DNA of 28,450 nucleotides from Candidatus Woesearchaeota archaeon (GTDB lineage: Archaea; Nanobdellota; Nanobdellia; SCGC-AAA011-G17; ARS1178). This document shows positions 8,545 to 17,201 of this stretch, one piece after another (position 1 is the stretch's first letter; each line of letters opens with the position of its first letter). The position numbers were made by a program, and so were the translations under genes. The notes beneath the pieces were generated by a model. The model was not told where the DNA came from. It did not search any database and saw nothing but the letters and a program-made list of their open reading frames with translations. The stretch lies in the NCBI GenBank assembly GCA_964419915.1, contig CAYQQE010000001.1:9509-37958 (forward strand). The letters are read 5' to 3'.

Positions 8545-9207
8545 ATGCAATACAAAAACCTAATCATAATCGGAACTTCACATATCTCAAAACAGTCCAT
8601 TAACAAAGTCAAGCAAACCCTCTTAAAAACAAAACCAGACATAATAGCAATTGAACTAGATAAAAAGCGTTTTCTCTCCTTAATCCAAAACAAAAAACTA
8701 AACTTAAAAGATATAAAACACCTAGGATTAAAAATATTTCTCTTAAATGCTCTTGGTTCTTACATCCAAAAAAAACTAGGAAAAATAGTCCAAACAGAAC
8801 CTGGCTCAGACATGAAAATAGCAATCCAAATAGCAAAGAAGATCAACGCAAAGATAGCTCTAATTGACCAACCAGTAGACATAACTTTAAAAAAACTAAC
8901 AAAAACCCCATTAAAAGAAAAATTAAGATTTGTTAAAGATATTCTAAGAGATATATTCATAAAAAAACAAAGAATAGAATTTGATCTAACAAAAGTTCCT
9001 TCACAATCTCTGATCAACAAACTAATTAAAAAATTAAAAAAAGATTATCCTTATATTTACCAAGTATTAATCAAAGAAAGAAACCAAATAATGGCAAAAA
9101 ATTTATATAATCTAATGCTTAATAACAAATCAGTAGTTGCAATAGTAGGAGCAGGACATAAAAAAGAGATTTTAAACCTAATAAAATGCCACAATTCACA
9201 AAAATAG
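8545..9207 (+). CDS. TraB/PrgY family protein
   Basis: IIGTSHIS, PDIIAIELDKKR, PGSDM, ALIDQPVDITL, ERNQIMA, VVAIVGAGH. ATG 8545 is preferred over TTG 8536 (TTTATTAA at 8513-8520). Confidence 0.9.
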   Translation: MQYKNLIIIGTSHISKQSINKVKQTLLKTKPDIIAIELDKKRFLSLIQNKKLNLKDIKHLGLKIFLLNALGSYIQKKLGKIVQTEPGSDMKIAIQIAKKINAKIALIDQPVDITLKKLTKTPLKEKLRFVKDILRDIFIKKQRIEFDLTKVPSQSLINKLIKKLKKDYPYIYQVLIKERNQIMAKNLYNLMLNNKSVVAIVGAGHKKEILNLIKCHNSQK

Positions 9208-9938
9208 AAAATAAACACCTAATCATATCAATCCTAATTCTAACTTTTGTTTTTGCTTTTAATGACAAATCGTCCAGTTTTTACTTACCATTTTGGCTTT
9301 TAAATTTCATAAAAATCCTAATAATCATAACTTTCTCATTACTCTTTAAAGAAATAATCAAAAAATATTGGGCAGAAAAATACGGTGCTGTTTCAGAATA
9401 CAGGATCTGGAATATACAAAGATATTATTTAAGAACAAAAAGTAAATTCCCATTCAAGATTCCAATAGGTATTATCTTACCTTTATTAATAACAATATTT
9501 TCTCTAGGTAGATTATTCTTCCCAATAACTTCAGAATCCTCTATCACATATTCAAAAATAAAAAGAGCAGGAAGAAAATGGGCTCATCTACCACATTGGG
9601 AAGAAGGAAAAATCTCTATTATGGGTCCATTAGCTTCTTTAATTATAGTCTTCATATTCAAAATTCTGAGTTATATAACCTCTTTTTCCTTCCAAAATGT
9701 AATTTTCATTAATTCACTCCTAGCAGTCTTCTATATGCTTCCTTTCCCACAATTAGAAGGAGGAAAAGTTTTTATCGGTTCAAAAACATACTATGTATTA
9801 TGTCTTATGTTTATTTTACTTTCAGTGTTTCTGATAAACATCATAGGAATTCTAGAAACAATTATCCTTTCTGGAATACTTGCTTTATTAATTACACTAT
9901 TATATTTTTACAAAGTAGAACTTGGTGGTAAAGTTTAA
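9186..9938 (+). CDS. Site-2 protease (M50)-like membrane protein with degenerate active site
   Basis: M50 layout: KEIIKKYWAEKYG at the HExxH position, GKISIMGPLASL (cf. AGP motif), FYMLPFPQLEGGK (cf. NLLPxxxLDGG). The zinc ligands are not conserved. Confidence 0.72.
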   Translation: MPQFTKIENKHLIISILILTFVFAFNDKSSSFYLPFWLLNFIKILIIITFSLLFKEIIKKYWAEKYGAVSEYRIWNIQRYYLRTKSKFPFKIPIGIILPLLITIFSLGRLFFPITSESSITYSKIKRAGRKWAHLPHWEEGKISIMGPLASLIIVFIFKILSYITSFSFQNVIFINSLLAVFYMLPFPQLEGGKVFIGSKTYYVLCLMFILLSVFLINIIGILETIILSGILALLITLLYFYKVELGGKV

Positions 9939-10210
9939 CCAAGCAAACTAAAAATTCCCTTCTGCAATAACCAAACCATAAATACATATCCGATAACTAA
10001 AAAATTCCCACTTATCAAAAAATAAAAAATAAATAACCCGGTAAAAATATCAAATAAACTTAACCAATCTCCACTAAATAAAAAGAAAAATCCTTTAACA
10101 ATCAAATAAATACCCACAACCAACCCTAATTTACCTAATAAACCAAATTTTAATAAAAATAAGATCAAAGCACTTAAAATATCCAAGATACCCAAAACGA
10201 ATAACATCAT
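9935..10210 (-). CDS. Small hydrophobic membrane protein (3-4 TM)
   Basis: 91 aa, almost entirely hydrophobic. G/T-rich codon use like other minus-strand genes. Stop shares TTAA with the convergent gene. Confidence 0.75.
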   Translation of the reverse strand: MMLFVLGILDILSALILFLLKFGLLGKLGLVVGIYLIVKGFFFLFSGDWLSLFDIFTGLFIFYFLISGNFLVIGYVFMVWLLQKGIFSLLG

Positions 10211-10259
10211 TCCACACCCTAGCTAAAGATATTTAAACTTTCCTATCATAAACCCTAAA

Positions 10260-11759
10260 ATGTTTCAAATTAAGAATTTCCAACCAAGAGAATATCAAAA
10301 GAATATTTTAGAAACAACTACCAGAAACAATACACTGGTTGTTATACCAACTGGACTAGGAAAAACAAAAATAGCTATTTTATTAGCAATTGAAAGGTTA
10401 AATAAATTCCCAAATTCAAAAATAATAGTCTTAACACCAACCAAACCATTATCTTCACAAATACAACAGGAATTTATAGATTCAACAAATATTCCAGCAG
10501 AAAAAATTTCTTTATTAACAGGTCAAATAAAACCAGAAATAAGAAAAGAAATATTCAATGAATCAATAATTATAATAGCAACCCCACAAACAATTCAATT
10601 CGATCTTGAAAATAACAGGATCTCTTTACAAGATGCCTCATTACTTGTAATAGATGAGTGCCATAGATCAAGACAAAACTTCGCAAACACAAAAGTATCT
10701 CAATTTTATCAACAACAATCTAAAAATCAAAGAATTCTAGCATTAACAGCATCACCAGGTTCAACATTAAAAAGAATAAACGAAATAAAACAAAATCTAA
10801 ACTTAACAGCAACAGAAATAAGAACAGAAGAAGATTCAGACGTAATGCCATATATCCAACAAAAAGACAAAGAACATATCTATGTTTCTCTACCAGAAGA
10901 AATCAAACAAATAAAAACACTTCTACAAACTGTCTACAAACAAAAATTAAAGAACTTAAAATCTATTGGATTAACAAAACCAACTAAACTAATTAACAAA
11001 AAAGACCTTCTACAATTCCAAAAATACTTACAATACGAACTTCAACAAGGGAATAAATCTTCTTTTTATGGTTTATCTCTGATAGCCCAAGCAATAAAAC
11101 TAGAACATGCTATGACTTTGTTAGAAACCCAAGGTATTAATCCATTAAACATGTACCTCCAAAAATTAAAAACAGATCCATCAAAAGCAGCCAAAATAAT
11201 TTTAACAGAATCAAAAATTCAAAAAGCCTCTCAGATGATATCACATTTACATAAAAACAATTTTATCCATCCAAAACAACAAAAATTAAAAGAAATTATT
11301 CAAGAAGAACTCCAAAAAAATCCAAATTCAAAAATAATAATCTTCGCAAATTACAGATTCACTGTTAATGAATTAGTTTCTTTTCTAAAAGAAATAAAAA
11401 ATGCGAAACCAACAAAACTAGTAGGTCAAAAAGAAGGACTAACACAAAAACAACAATCACAAATTATAAATGATTTTGAAAACAATATCTACAACATCTT
11501 AGTCTGCACATCAATAGGTGAAGAAGGGATTCATTTAGGTTCAGCAAACCTAGCAATATTCTATGAACCAATACCATCAGAGATTCGTTCTATACAAAGA
11601 AAAGGCAGAGTAGCAAGAATTAAAATAGGAAAGATTACCTACTTAATCACAAAAGATACAAAAGACGAAGCATTCTATTGGTCTTCATATCATAAAGAGA
11701 AACAGATGAAGAGGATCTTACACGGGATGCAAGAAAAAGAGAAACAAACTAAACTTTAA
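10260..11759 (+). CDS. hef: Hef/FANCM/Mph1-like SF2 helicase (helicase portion only)
   Basis: PREYQ, motif I PTGLGKT, TPTKPL, ATPQT, motif II IDECHR, LTASPG, motif V TSIGEEG, motif VI IQRKGRVAR. No nuclease domain in this ORF. Confidence 0.9.
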   Translation: MFQIKNFQPREYQKNILETTTRNNTLVVIPTGLGKTKIAILLAIERLNKFPNSKIIVLTPTKPLSSQIQQEFIDSTNIPAEKISLLTGQIKPEIRKEIFNESIIIIATPQTIQFDLENNRISLQDASLLVIDECHRSRQNFANTKVSQFYQQQSKNQRILALTASPGSTLKRINEIKQNLNLTATEIRTEEDSDVMPYIQQKDKEHIYVSLPEEIKQIKTLLQTVYKQKLKNLKSIGLTKPTKLINKKDLLQFQKYLQYELQQGNKSSFYGLSLIAQAIKLEHAMTLLETQGINPLNMYLQKLKTDPSKAAKIILTESKIQKASQMISHLHKNNFIHPKQQKLKEIIQEELQKNPNSKIIIFANYRFTVNELVSFLKEIKNAKPTKLVGQKEGLTQKQQSQIINDFENNIYNILVCTSIGEEGIHLGSANLAIFYEPIPSEIRSIQRKGRVARIKIGKITYLITKDTKDEAFYWSSYHKEKQMKRILHGMQEKEKQTKL

Positions 11760-11760
11760 A

Positions 11761-12417
11761 ATGCCAACACTCATAATAGATCAAAAAGAAAGAGAGATCA
11801 TAAGAGAACTACAAAGAAGAAAAGAAAATTTCAAAATAGAAACAATCTCAACAGATTTTATAATTCAAGGACAAGACCAAGAAAAAAACCTAATCAATAT
11901 AGGCGCAGAACGTAAAACACAAAACGATTTCCTAAACTCAATTATAGATAAAAGAATCATCCATCAATTAATTTTCTTAAAAGAAAATTTCACCATACCT
12001 CTACTGATTATAGAAGGTTCAGAAAATATCTATGAACTAAGAAACTTTCATCCTAACGCAATTCGTGGAATGTTTGCTTCTATTGCATTAGATTTTCAAA
12101 TACCAATTCTTTACACAAAAAACCATAAAGACACAACATCCTTATTGTTAACCATCTTAAAACGTTTAGAAAAACCAAAAAAGCATGTTTCTCTAATAAA
12201 AAAAAGAAAACCATTAACTCTAAAAGAGCAACAAGAATATATTATTGAATCATTACCTTCTATAGGTCCAACCATAGCAAAATCATTACTAAAAAATTTC
12301 AAGACAGTTAAAAAAATAATAAACACAAAAGAAGAAAAACTACAAAAAATCCCAAAAATAGGTCCAAAAAAAGCTAAAAAAATTCTAGAAGTAATTGACT
12401 CTCCTTACTCCGATTAG
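11761..12417 (+). CDS. xpf: ERCC4/XPF-family nuclease with C-terminal HhH motifs
   Basis: IIDQKE, DFI, catalytic ERKTQND, LIIEG, tandem HhH (LPSIGPTIAKSLL; IPKIGPKKAKKI). Confidence 0.9.
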   Translation: MPTLIIDQKEREIIRELQRRKENFKIETISTDFIIQGQDQEKNLINIGAERKTQNDFLNSIIDKRIIHQLIFLKENFTIPLLIIEGSENIYELRNFHPNAIRGMFASIALDFQIPILYTKNHKDTTSLLLTILKRLEKPKKHVSLIKKRKPLTLKEQQEYIIESLPSIGPTIAKSLLKNFKTVKKIINTKEEKLQKIPKIGPKKAKKILEVIDSPYSD

Positions 12418-12787
12418 AATCTTTTAACAAAGTTCTTATGAAACAATAACAACCTAATCTTTCCCAAAGAGAATCCCTAAAAGTAGTTCTATCCTCTAAA
12501 CTGTCTCCCTTTCTAAATCTAATACATTCATCCAAAACCACATTCCTGAATAATTGTGCTAACTCGGGTTCAACATACTCATGTTCTCCCCCACAATCAA
12601 AAAAATCAACAGCAGGACTTAGAGGTGGACAGTATAATGGATCAGCATATCCAATCGATGGATTTATTAATGTTGTAGATTTACTAAGGTAATTAGCATC
12701 AAGATAAGAATCCTTCACATAACAAACAGCATCATATACACAATCAACAAAAGCTTCAATAGAATCATTAACACTTAATTTTGCCAT
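12374..12787 (-). CDS. Hypothetical protein
   Basis: 137 aa ORF filling the gap after thpR on the same strand, with minus-strand codon bias. No recognised motif. 44-bp convergent overlap with xpf. Confidence 0.55.
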   Translation of the reverse strand: MAKLSVNDSIEAFVDCVYDAVCYVKDSYLDANYLSKSTTLINPSIGYADPLYCPPLSPAVDFFDCGGEHEYVEPELAQLFRNVVLDECIRFRKGDSLEDRTTFRDSLWERLGCYCFIRTLLKDSNRSKESQLLLEFF

Positions 12788-12826
12788 TAAAAAATAAAAC
12801 AGATAGTTCCAGATTAATAAATATTT

Positions 12827-13363
12827 CTATACTCCATTATACTCTTCAATTACAAAATACCTTGGTCCATCTTTACTCAAAACACTTTTCACTAATTTAA
12901 AATTATCAACTCTAAACTTAAACTTATTAATCTCCAAACTTTCTAAACTCTTCAAAAATCTCTCTTTATTCTTAACATTCTTTACTCTCCCAATAGTTAT
13001 ATGTGCTTCAAATCTATTGTCTCTCTTAAACAAATCACTTAATTTCATATCAATATCATGTTGCAATTCAATAATTTTATTCACGGGTTCCAAACCAACC
13101 CATAAGACTCTTATATCTTTCTGAGTTGGAAAATAACCAACCTCACTCAAACTAACCTCAAAACTTTCAAATTTAACCTCATTTAATTTTTCTTTAACCA
13201 TCTCAAGCTTCTCATTATCAACGTCACCTAAAAACTTAACTGTCTGATGTATTAATTTTTTTCCAACCCACCTGATCTTAGCATCATCCCCAATTTTCTC
13301 TCTTAAATTAAACAGATAATCCTTAATATCTTTTGGTAAATCAATCATAATAAAAGCTCTCAT
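12827..13363 (-). CDS. thpR: RNA 2',3'-cyclic phosphodiesterase (2H phosphoesterase, ThpR/LigT)
   Basis: MRAFIMIDLP start, two HxT motifs (IHQTVKFLGDV, EAHITIGRVK), C-terminal SVLSKDGPRY. Confidence 0.93.
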   Translation of the reverse strand: MRAFIMIDLPKDIKDYLFNLREKIGDDAKIRWVGKKLIHQTVKFLGDVDNEKLEMVKEKLNEVKFESFEVSLSEVGYFPTQKDIRVLWVGLEPVNKIIELQHDIDMKLSDLFKRDNRFEAHITIGRVKNVKNKERFLKSLESLEINKFKFRVDNFKLVKSVLSKDGPRYFVIEEYNGV

Positions 13364-14046
13364 AACATTTCACCTACCAATCTAGCTGCTAATTTAACTG
13401 TTTTATTATCTTTATCTTTCTTAGGAACAACCTCAACCAAATCCATCATTTTTACTCTATCCTTTATTTTATTTAACATTGTCTTTAATTTAACCTCACT
13501 TAAACCACCTTTAACTCTATAAATAACACCAGGTGCTTCATTAGTATTAATAACATCTATATCTAAACTCAAATAAATATTTTCACTTTTTATTCCATTA
13601 ACATTATCAACAAAATTAATTTTCCTTTTTTCCAAAAATGTCTTCTCAACATCATAAATTTTTCTAACACCAATCAAATAAACATCTTCATCCTTTATTA
13701 ACTTCTCTTCTAAAATAACCCTCAAAAAATCCTCATGTGTGGCTGGTTTAAAATTATTAGCACAATCAACATGGGCATCAAAAATAACCAAACACCCATC
13801 TTTATATATTTCACTAAAAGCTTTAAAACTAGGATAAGTAATACTATGATCACCACCAATTAAAATTCCTTTTTTAATTTTCTTAACAACATTATAAATA
13901 TTTTTATTAGTCTCTTCTACATTATCCTTATTAATTTTAATCTCCTTCCCTTCCATTCCTAATTCATTCAATATCAAATCAGGAGCTTCCTCACTACATT
14001 CCTTTCCTAAACTTCCTAAACTGCTTTTAACCTTAAAAATTTCCAT
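13360..14046 (-). CDS. Ureohydrolase (arginase/agmatinase family)
   Basis: GGDHSITYP, FDAHVD, SLDIDV, EAPGV, DLVEV; the di-Mn ligands are present. Compact at 228 aa. Substrate cannot be assigned. Confidence 0.9.
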   Translation of the reverse strand: MEIFKVKSSLGSLGKECSEEAPDLILNELGMEGKEIKINKDNVEETNKNIYNVVKKIKKGILIGGDHSITYPSFKAFSEIYKDGCLVIFDAHVDCANNFKPATHEDFLRVILEEKLIKDEDVYLIGVRKIYDVEKTFLEKRKINFVDNVNGIKSENIYLSLDIDVINTNEAPGVIYRVKGGLSEVKLKTMLNKIKDRVKMMDLVEVVPKKDKDNKTVKLAARLVGEML

Positions 14047-14077
14047 TAAAATAAAAGAAAAAAATAGGTTTTTAAAT

Positions 14078-14467
14078 CTACACTATTTTAAAATACCCAT
14101 AAGCACTGCAATCATTTTTATCATCAACTCTTATTCTATAAACTCCTGTGTTCCAATCACCACCAGTTTTATAAGTCCATTCCTGTTTATCCCAATAAAT
14201 TCTTGTAGCATGTCGTGGAGCAGTTAAACCAACAACACTATCATCACTATTAATTACCTTAGCAGAAGCCTTTGCACCATCAGGACCAGGTTCAACACCT
14301 ATTGTTATATAATATCCTGCAGGAACTTCTAAAGGACTAACAAAAACTCTTGCTTCAGCATTACATTTTGTCACCTCTCCTGTAATTCCAGAGTTCATAA
14401 AAATCGCAACAGCAACCACTAAAACAACTGCAGCTATTAACAAATTTTGATTACTCTTCTTAGCCAT
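14078..14467 (-). CDS. Membrane-anchored or secreted small beta-rich protein
   Basis: Basic N-terminus, TM helix, then GITGEVT, then a beta-rich domain bracketed by two Cys. SD GAGGTGG at 14478-14472. Confidence 0.8.
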   Translation of the reverse strand: MAKKSNQNLLIAAVVLVVAVAIFMNSGITGEVTKCNAEARVFVSPLEVPAGYYITIGVEPGPDGAKASAKVINSDDSVVGLTAPRHATRIYWDKQEWTYKTGGDWNTGVYRIRVDDKNDCSAYGYFKIV

Positions 14468-14562
14468 AAAACCACCTCTTATTCAATAAAAATCTAACAA
14501 CTATTTAAATATTTCTCATTTTCTACAGTTAAATTTAAATAAAAACAAATCTTTCAAATACC

Positions 14563-15630
14563 ATGTCAAATTCAAAAATTAAAAAATTTGCATCTATCCT
14601 ACTTTCACATTCAGTAAATCTAAAACCAAATGAAAAAGTAATTATATCAGCAGACTCAAATGCACAACCATTGATCATAGAATTATACAAACAAGCTATT
14701 CAATTAGGAGCCTACCCAACAACAAAAATCTCTCTGCCTCAAATGAGTTATACTTACTATAAATATACTTCAAACAAACAACTTAAATATTTCCCAAAAA
14801 TCACATTTCAAGAAGTAAAACAAAGTAATGCATACATCTCAATTTCATCACCAGAAAACACAAAAGAACTAACATCAATAAATCCGCTAAAGATAGTATT
14901 AAGAAACAAAACAGTAAATCCAATTTCAGATTATATTGTAAACTCCAAAAAAATAAAAAGAGTTACAACAGATTACCCATCATCAGCACTAGCTCAAGAC
15001 GCAGAAATGTCATTACAAGAATACCAAAATTTCCTATTCAATGCAATCATTCAAGATTGGAAAAGAGAATTTAAAAAATACCAAAAATGGGCTTCTTACT
15101 TCAAAAAAGCCAGTCAAATAAGAATCCTATCATCAGATACAGATTTAACTTTCTCAATAAAAAATAGACCTATGATCATAGATGACGGAAAAGAAAATAT
15201 GCCTGGTGGAGAAATGTTTTGTGCCCCACAACACAAGACAACAAAAGGTTATATAAAATTTACATATCCGGCAATAACATCAGGAAAAGAAGTTACAGAC
15301 ATTTACTTAGAATTCAAAAATGGAAAAGTAACCAAATCTACAGCATCTAAAAATCAAAATTTCCTTAAAGAGATGATAAATACAGACAAAGGTTCTTCTT
15401 ATTTAGGTGAGCTAGGCATAGGTTTAAACAAAAACATCAACAAATTCACAAAGAACCTCCTATTCGATGAAAAAATATCAGGAACAGTACACCTAGCATT
15501 AGGAATGGCCTACAAAGAATGCAAAGGAACAAACAAATCAGCTCTGCACTGGGATATTGTCAAAGATATGAAAAATGCAGAACTAATTGTTGATGGAACA
15601 GTTATACAAAAAAAAGGAAGATTCATTTAA
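14563..15630 (+). CDS. Aminopeptidase, M29 family (AmpS/aminopeptidase T-like)
   Basis: NMPGGEMFCAP, LGELGIG, LFDEKISGTVHLALG, SALHWDIV. Confidence 0.93.
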   Translation: MSNSKIKKFASILLSHSVNLKPNEKVIISADSNAQPLIIELYKQAIQLGAYPTTKISLPQMSYTYYKYTSNKQLKYFPKITFQEVKQSNAYISISSPENTKELTSINPLKIVLRNKTVNPISDYIVNSKKIKRVTTDYPSSALAQDAEMSLQEYQNFLFNAIIQDWKREFKKYQKWASYFKKASQIRILSSDTDLTFSIKNRPMIIDDGKENMPGGEMFCAPQHKTTKGYIKFTYPAITSGKEVTDIYLEFKNGKVTKSTASKNQNFLKEMINTDKGSSYLGELGIGLNKNINKFTKNLLFDEKISGTVHLALGMAYKECKGTNKSALHWDIVKDMKNAELIVDGTVIQKKGRFI

Positions 15631-15687
15631 AATATCGATTTTATACAATCTAAATTTATTTAAAAATCATTCTCTTATTTAAGTAAA

Positions 15688-16023
15688 ATGTCTTTAATAA
15701 AAATTTCTCTAACTATATCCTTCATAGGTTTATTCATTATCCTTACCTTACCTTATATCCAACCAACAAAAACTATAACAATTTCAGAAATCAAAAATCT
15801 TCCATTAGACACAAAAATAAAAACCATAGCAACCATTACATCAATAAAAGAAACCACAGGACTCTATATTCTTAATCTAAAAGACTCAACAGATTCTATA
15901 CAAGCAATCATTTTCAAAAAATCAAACCTCACACTACAAAAAACCCAATTGATTGAAATTCATGGAAAAACAACATCCTATAAAAACCAAACCCAAATAC
16001 AGGTTTCTCTAATCAAAAAATGA
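15688..16023 (+). CDS. N-terminally membrane-anchored OB-fold protein
   Basis: TM helix followed by an OB-like strand pattern (ISEIK...IATITSIKE...ILNLKDSTDSIQAIIF...IEIHGKTTSYKNQTQI). Confidence 0.72.
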   Translation: MSLIKISLTISFIGLFIILTLPYIQPTKTITISEIKNLPLDTKIKTIATITSIKETTGLYILNLKDSTDSIQAIIFKKSNLTLQKTQLIEIHGKTTSYKNQTQIQVSLIKK

Positions 16024-17201
16024 TTTTACCAATAATTATGGGGACCATTGCAGGAACCATTACAGGCTTAATCCCAGGGATCCACACAAACCTAGTAGCA
16101 ATTCTTCTTATCTCTATTTCACCAACATTACTAAAAATAACAACACCACTAAGTCTGGTTATTTTTATTACTTCAATGGCAATAACTCATACATTCTTAG
16201 ACGCAATACCTTCAATTTTCTTAGGAGCCCCAGACTCAGACCAAATCTTATCAGTTTTACCGGGACATAAACTTTTATTAGAAGGTCGTGGCTATGAAGC
16301 AATTAAATTAACAACTCTAGGAAGTTTCTTAGGTTTAATAACAACATTATTGCTTTTCCCTTTCTTCATTTTCATTCTAAGGTTCTATGACTTAATAAAG
16401 AATTCAATCCCATATATCTTAATAGTTTGCTCATTTTTCCTAATAATAAAAGACAAATCAAAATTTCCAGCACTTTTCATCTTTTTATTATCTGGTTCCT
16501 TAGGTTTAGCCGTTTTCAAACTAACTCTATCTCAACCACTTCTTCCAATGCTTTCAGGATTATTTGGTATCTCAACACTAGTTATAAGTATTCAAAATAA
16601 AACAACAATACCAAAACAAAAAAACACCCCTATAAATCTAACTAAAAAACAGATAGCAAAATCAATTTCTCTAGGTACCTTAGCATCTACAATAACAGGA
16701 TTACTACCAGGAATAGGGGCATCGCAAGCAGCTGTAATAGCATCTTCTTTATCTAAAAAATGGTCAAAAGAATCTTTCCTAGTTTTAATAGGTTCAATTA
16801 ACACAGTTGTTATGGTCATTTCAATAGCAGCATACTATGTTATTCAAAAAGCCCGTAATGGTGCAATTGTAGCAGCCTCAAAAATTATTCCAGAATTAAC
16901 TTTATCCAATTTAATAACAATCTCTATAGCAATAGTAATAACAGCTATTTTAGCTTCCTTAATAGCACTAATCACAGCAAAAACATTCTCAAAACAGATA
17001 ACAAAATTAAATTATCAACTTTTATGCATCTCCATTATTATTTTAGTAACAACCATTGTTTTCATCTTCTCAGGATTCCTAGGTTTATTAATTTTAACAA
17101 CCTCAACATCCATTGGAATTCTACCACCATTATTAAATACAAATAAAAATCACCTGATGGGATGTTTGATTCTACCAACAATACTTTACTTACTACTTTA
17201 A
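16020..17201 (+). CDS. TctA-like tripartite tricarboxylate transporter permease (DUF112)
   Basis: Highly hydrophobic 393 aa with a duplicated GxxPG motif (GLIPGIHTN; GLLPGIGAS), SIFLGAPD and SVLPGHKLLLEGRG. Confidence 0.85.
   Translation: MILPIIMGTIAGTITGLIPGIHTNLVAILLISISPTLLKITTPLSLVIFITSMAITHTFLDAIPSIFLGAPDSDQILSVLPGHKLLLEGRGYEAIKLTTLGSFLGLITTLLLFPFFIFILRFYDLIKNSIPYILIVCSFFLIIKDKSKFPALFIFLLSGSLGLAVFKLTLSQPLLPMLSGLFGISTLVISIQNKTTIPKQKNTPINLTKKQIAKSISLGTLASTITGLLPGIGASQAAVIASSLSKKWSKESFLVLIGSINTVVMVISIAAYYVIQKARNGAIVAASKIIPELTLSNLITISIAIVITAILASLIALITAKTFSKQITKLNYQLLCISIIILVTTIVFIFSGFLGLLILTTSTSIGILPPLLNTNKNHLMGCLILPTILYLLL

Noticed and set aside
8545-9207. TraB as evidence of conjugation or a plasmid
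   Set aside because: The TraB/PrgY family is a widespread chromosomal family unrelated to conjugative TraB ATPases; no relaxase, integrase or T4SS genes nearby.
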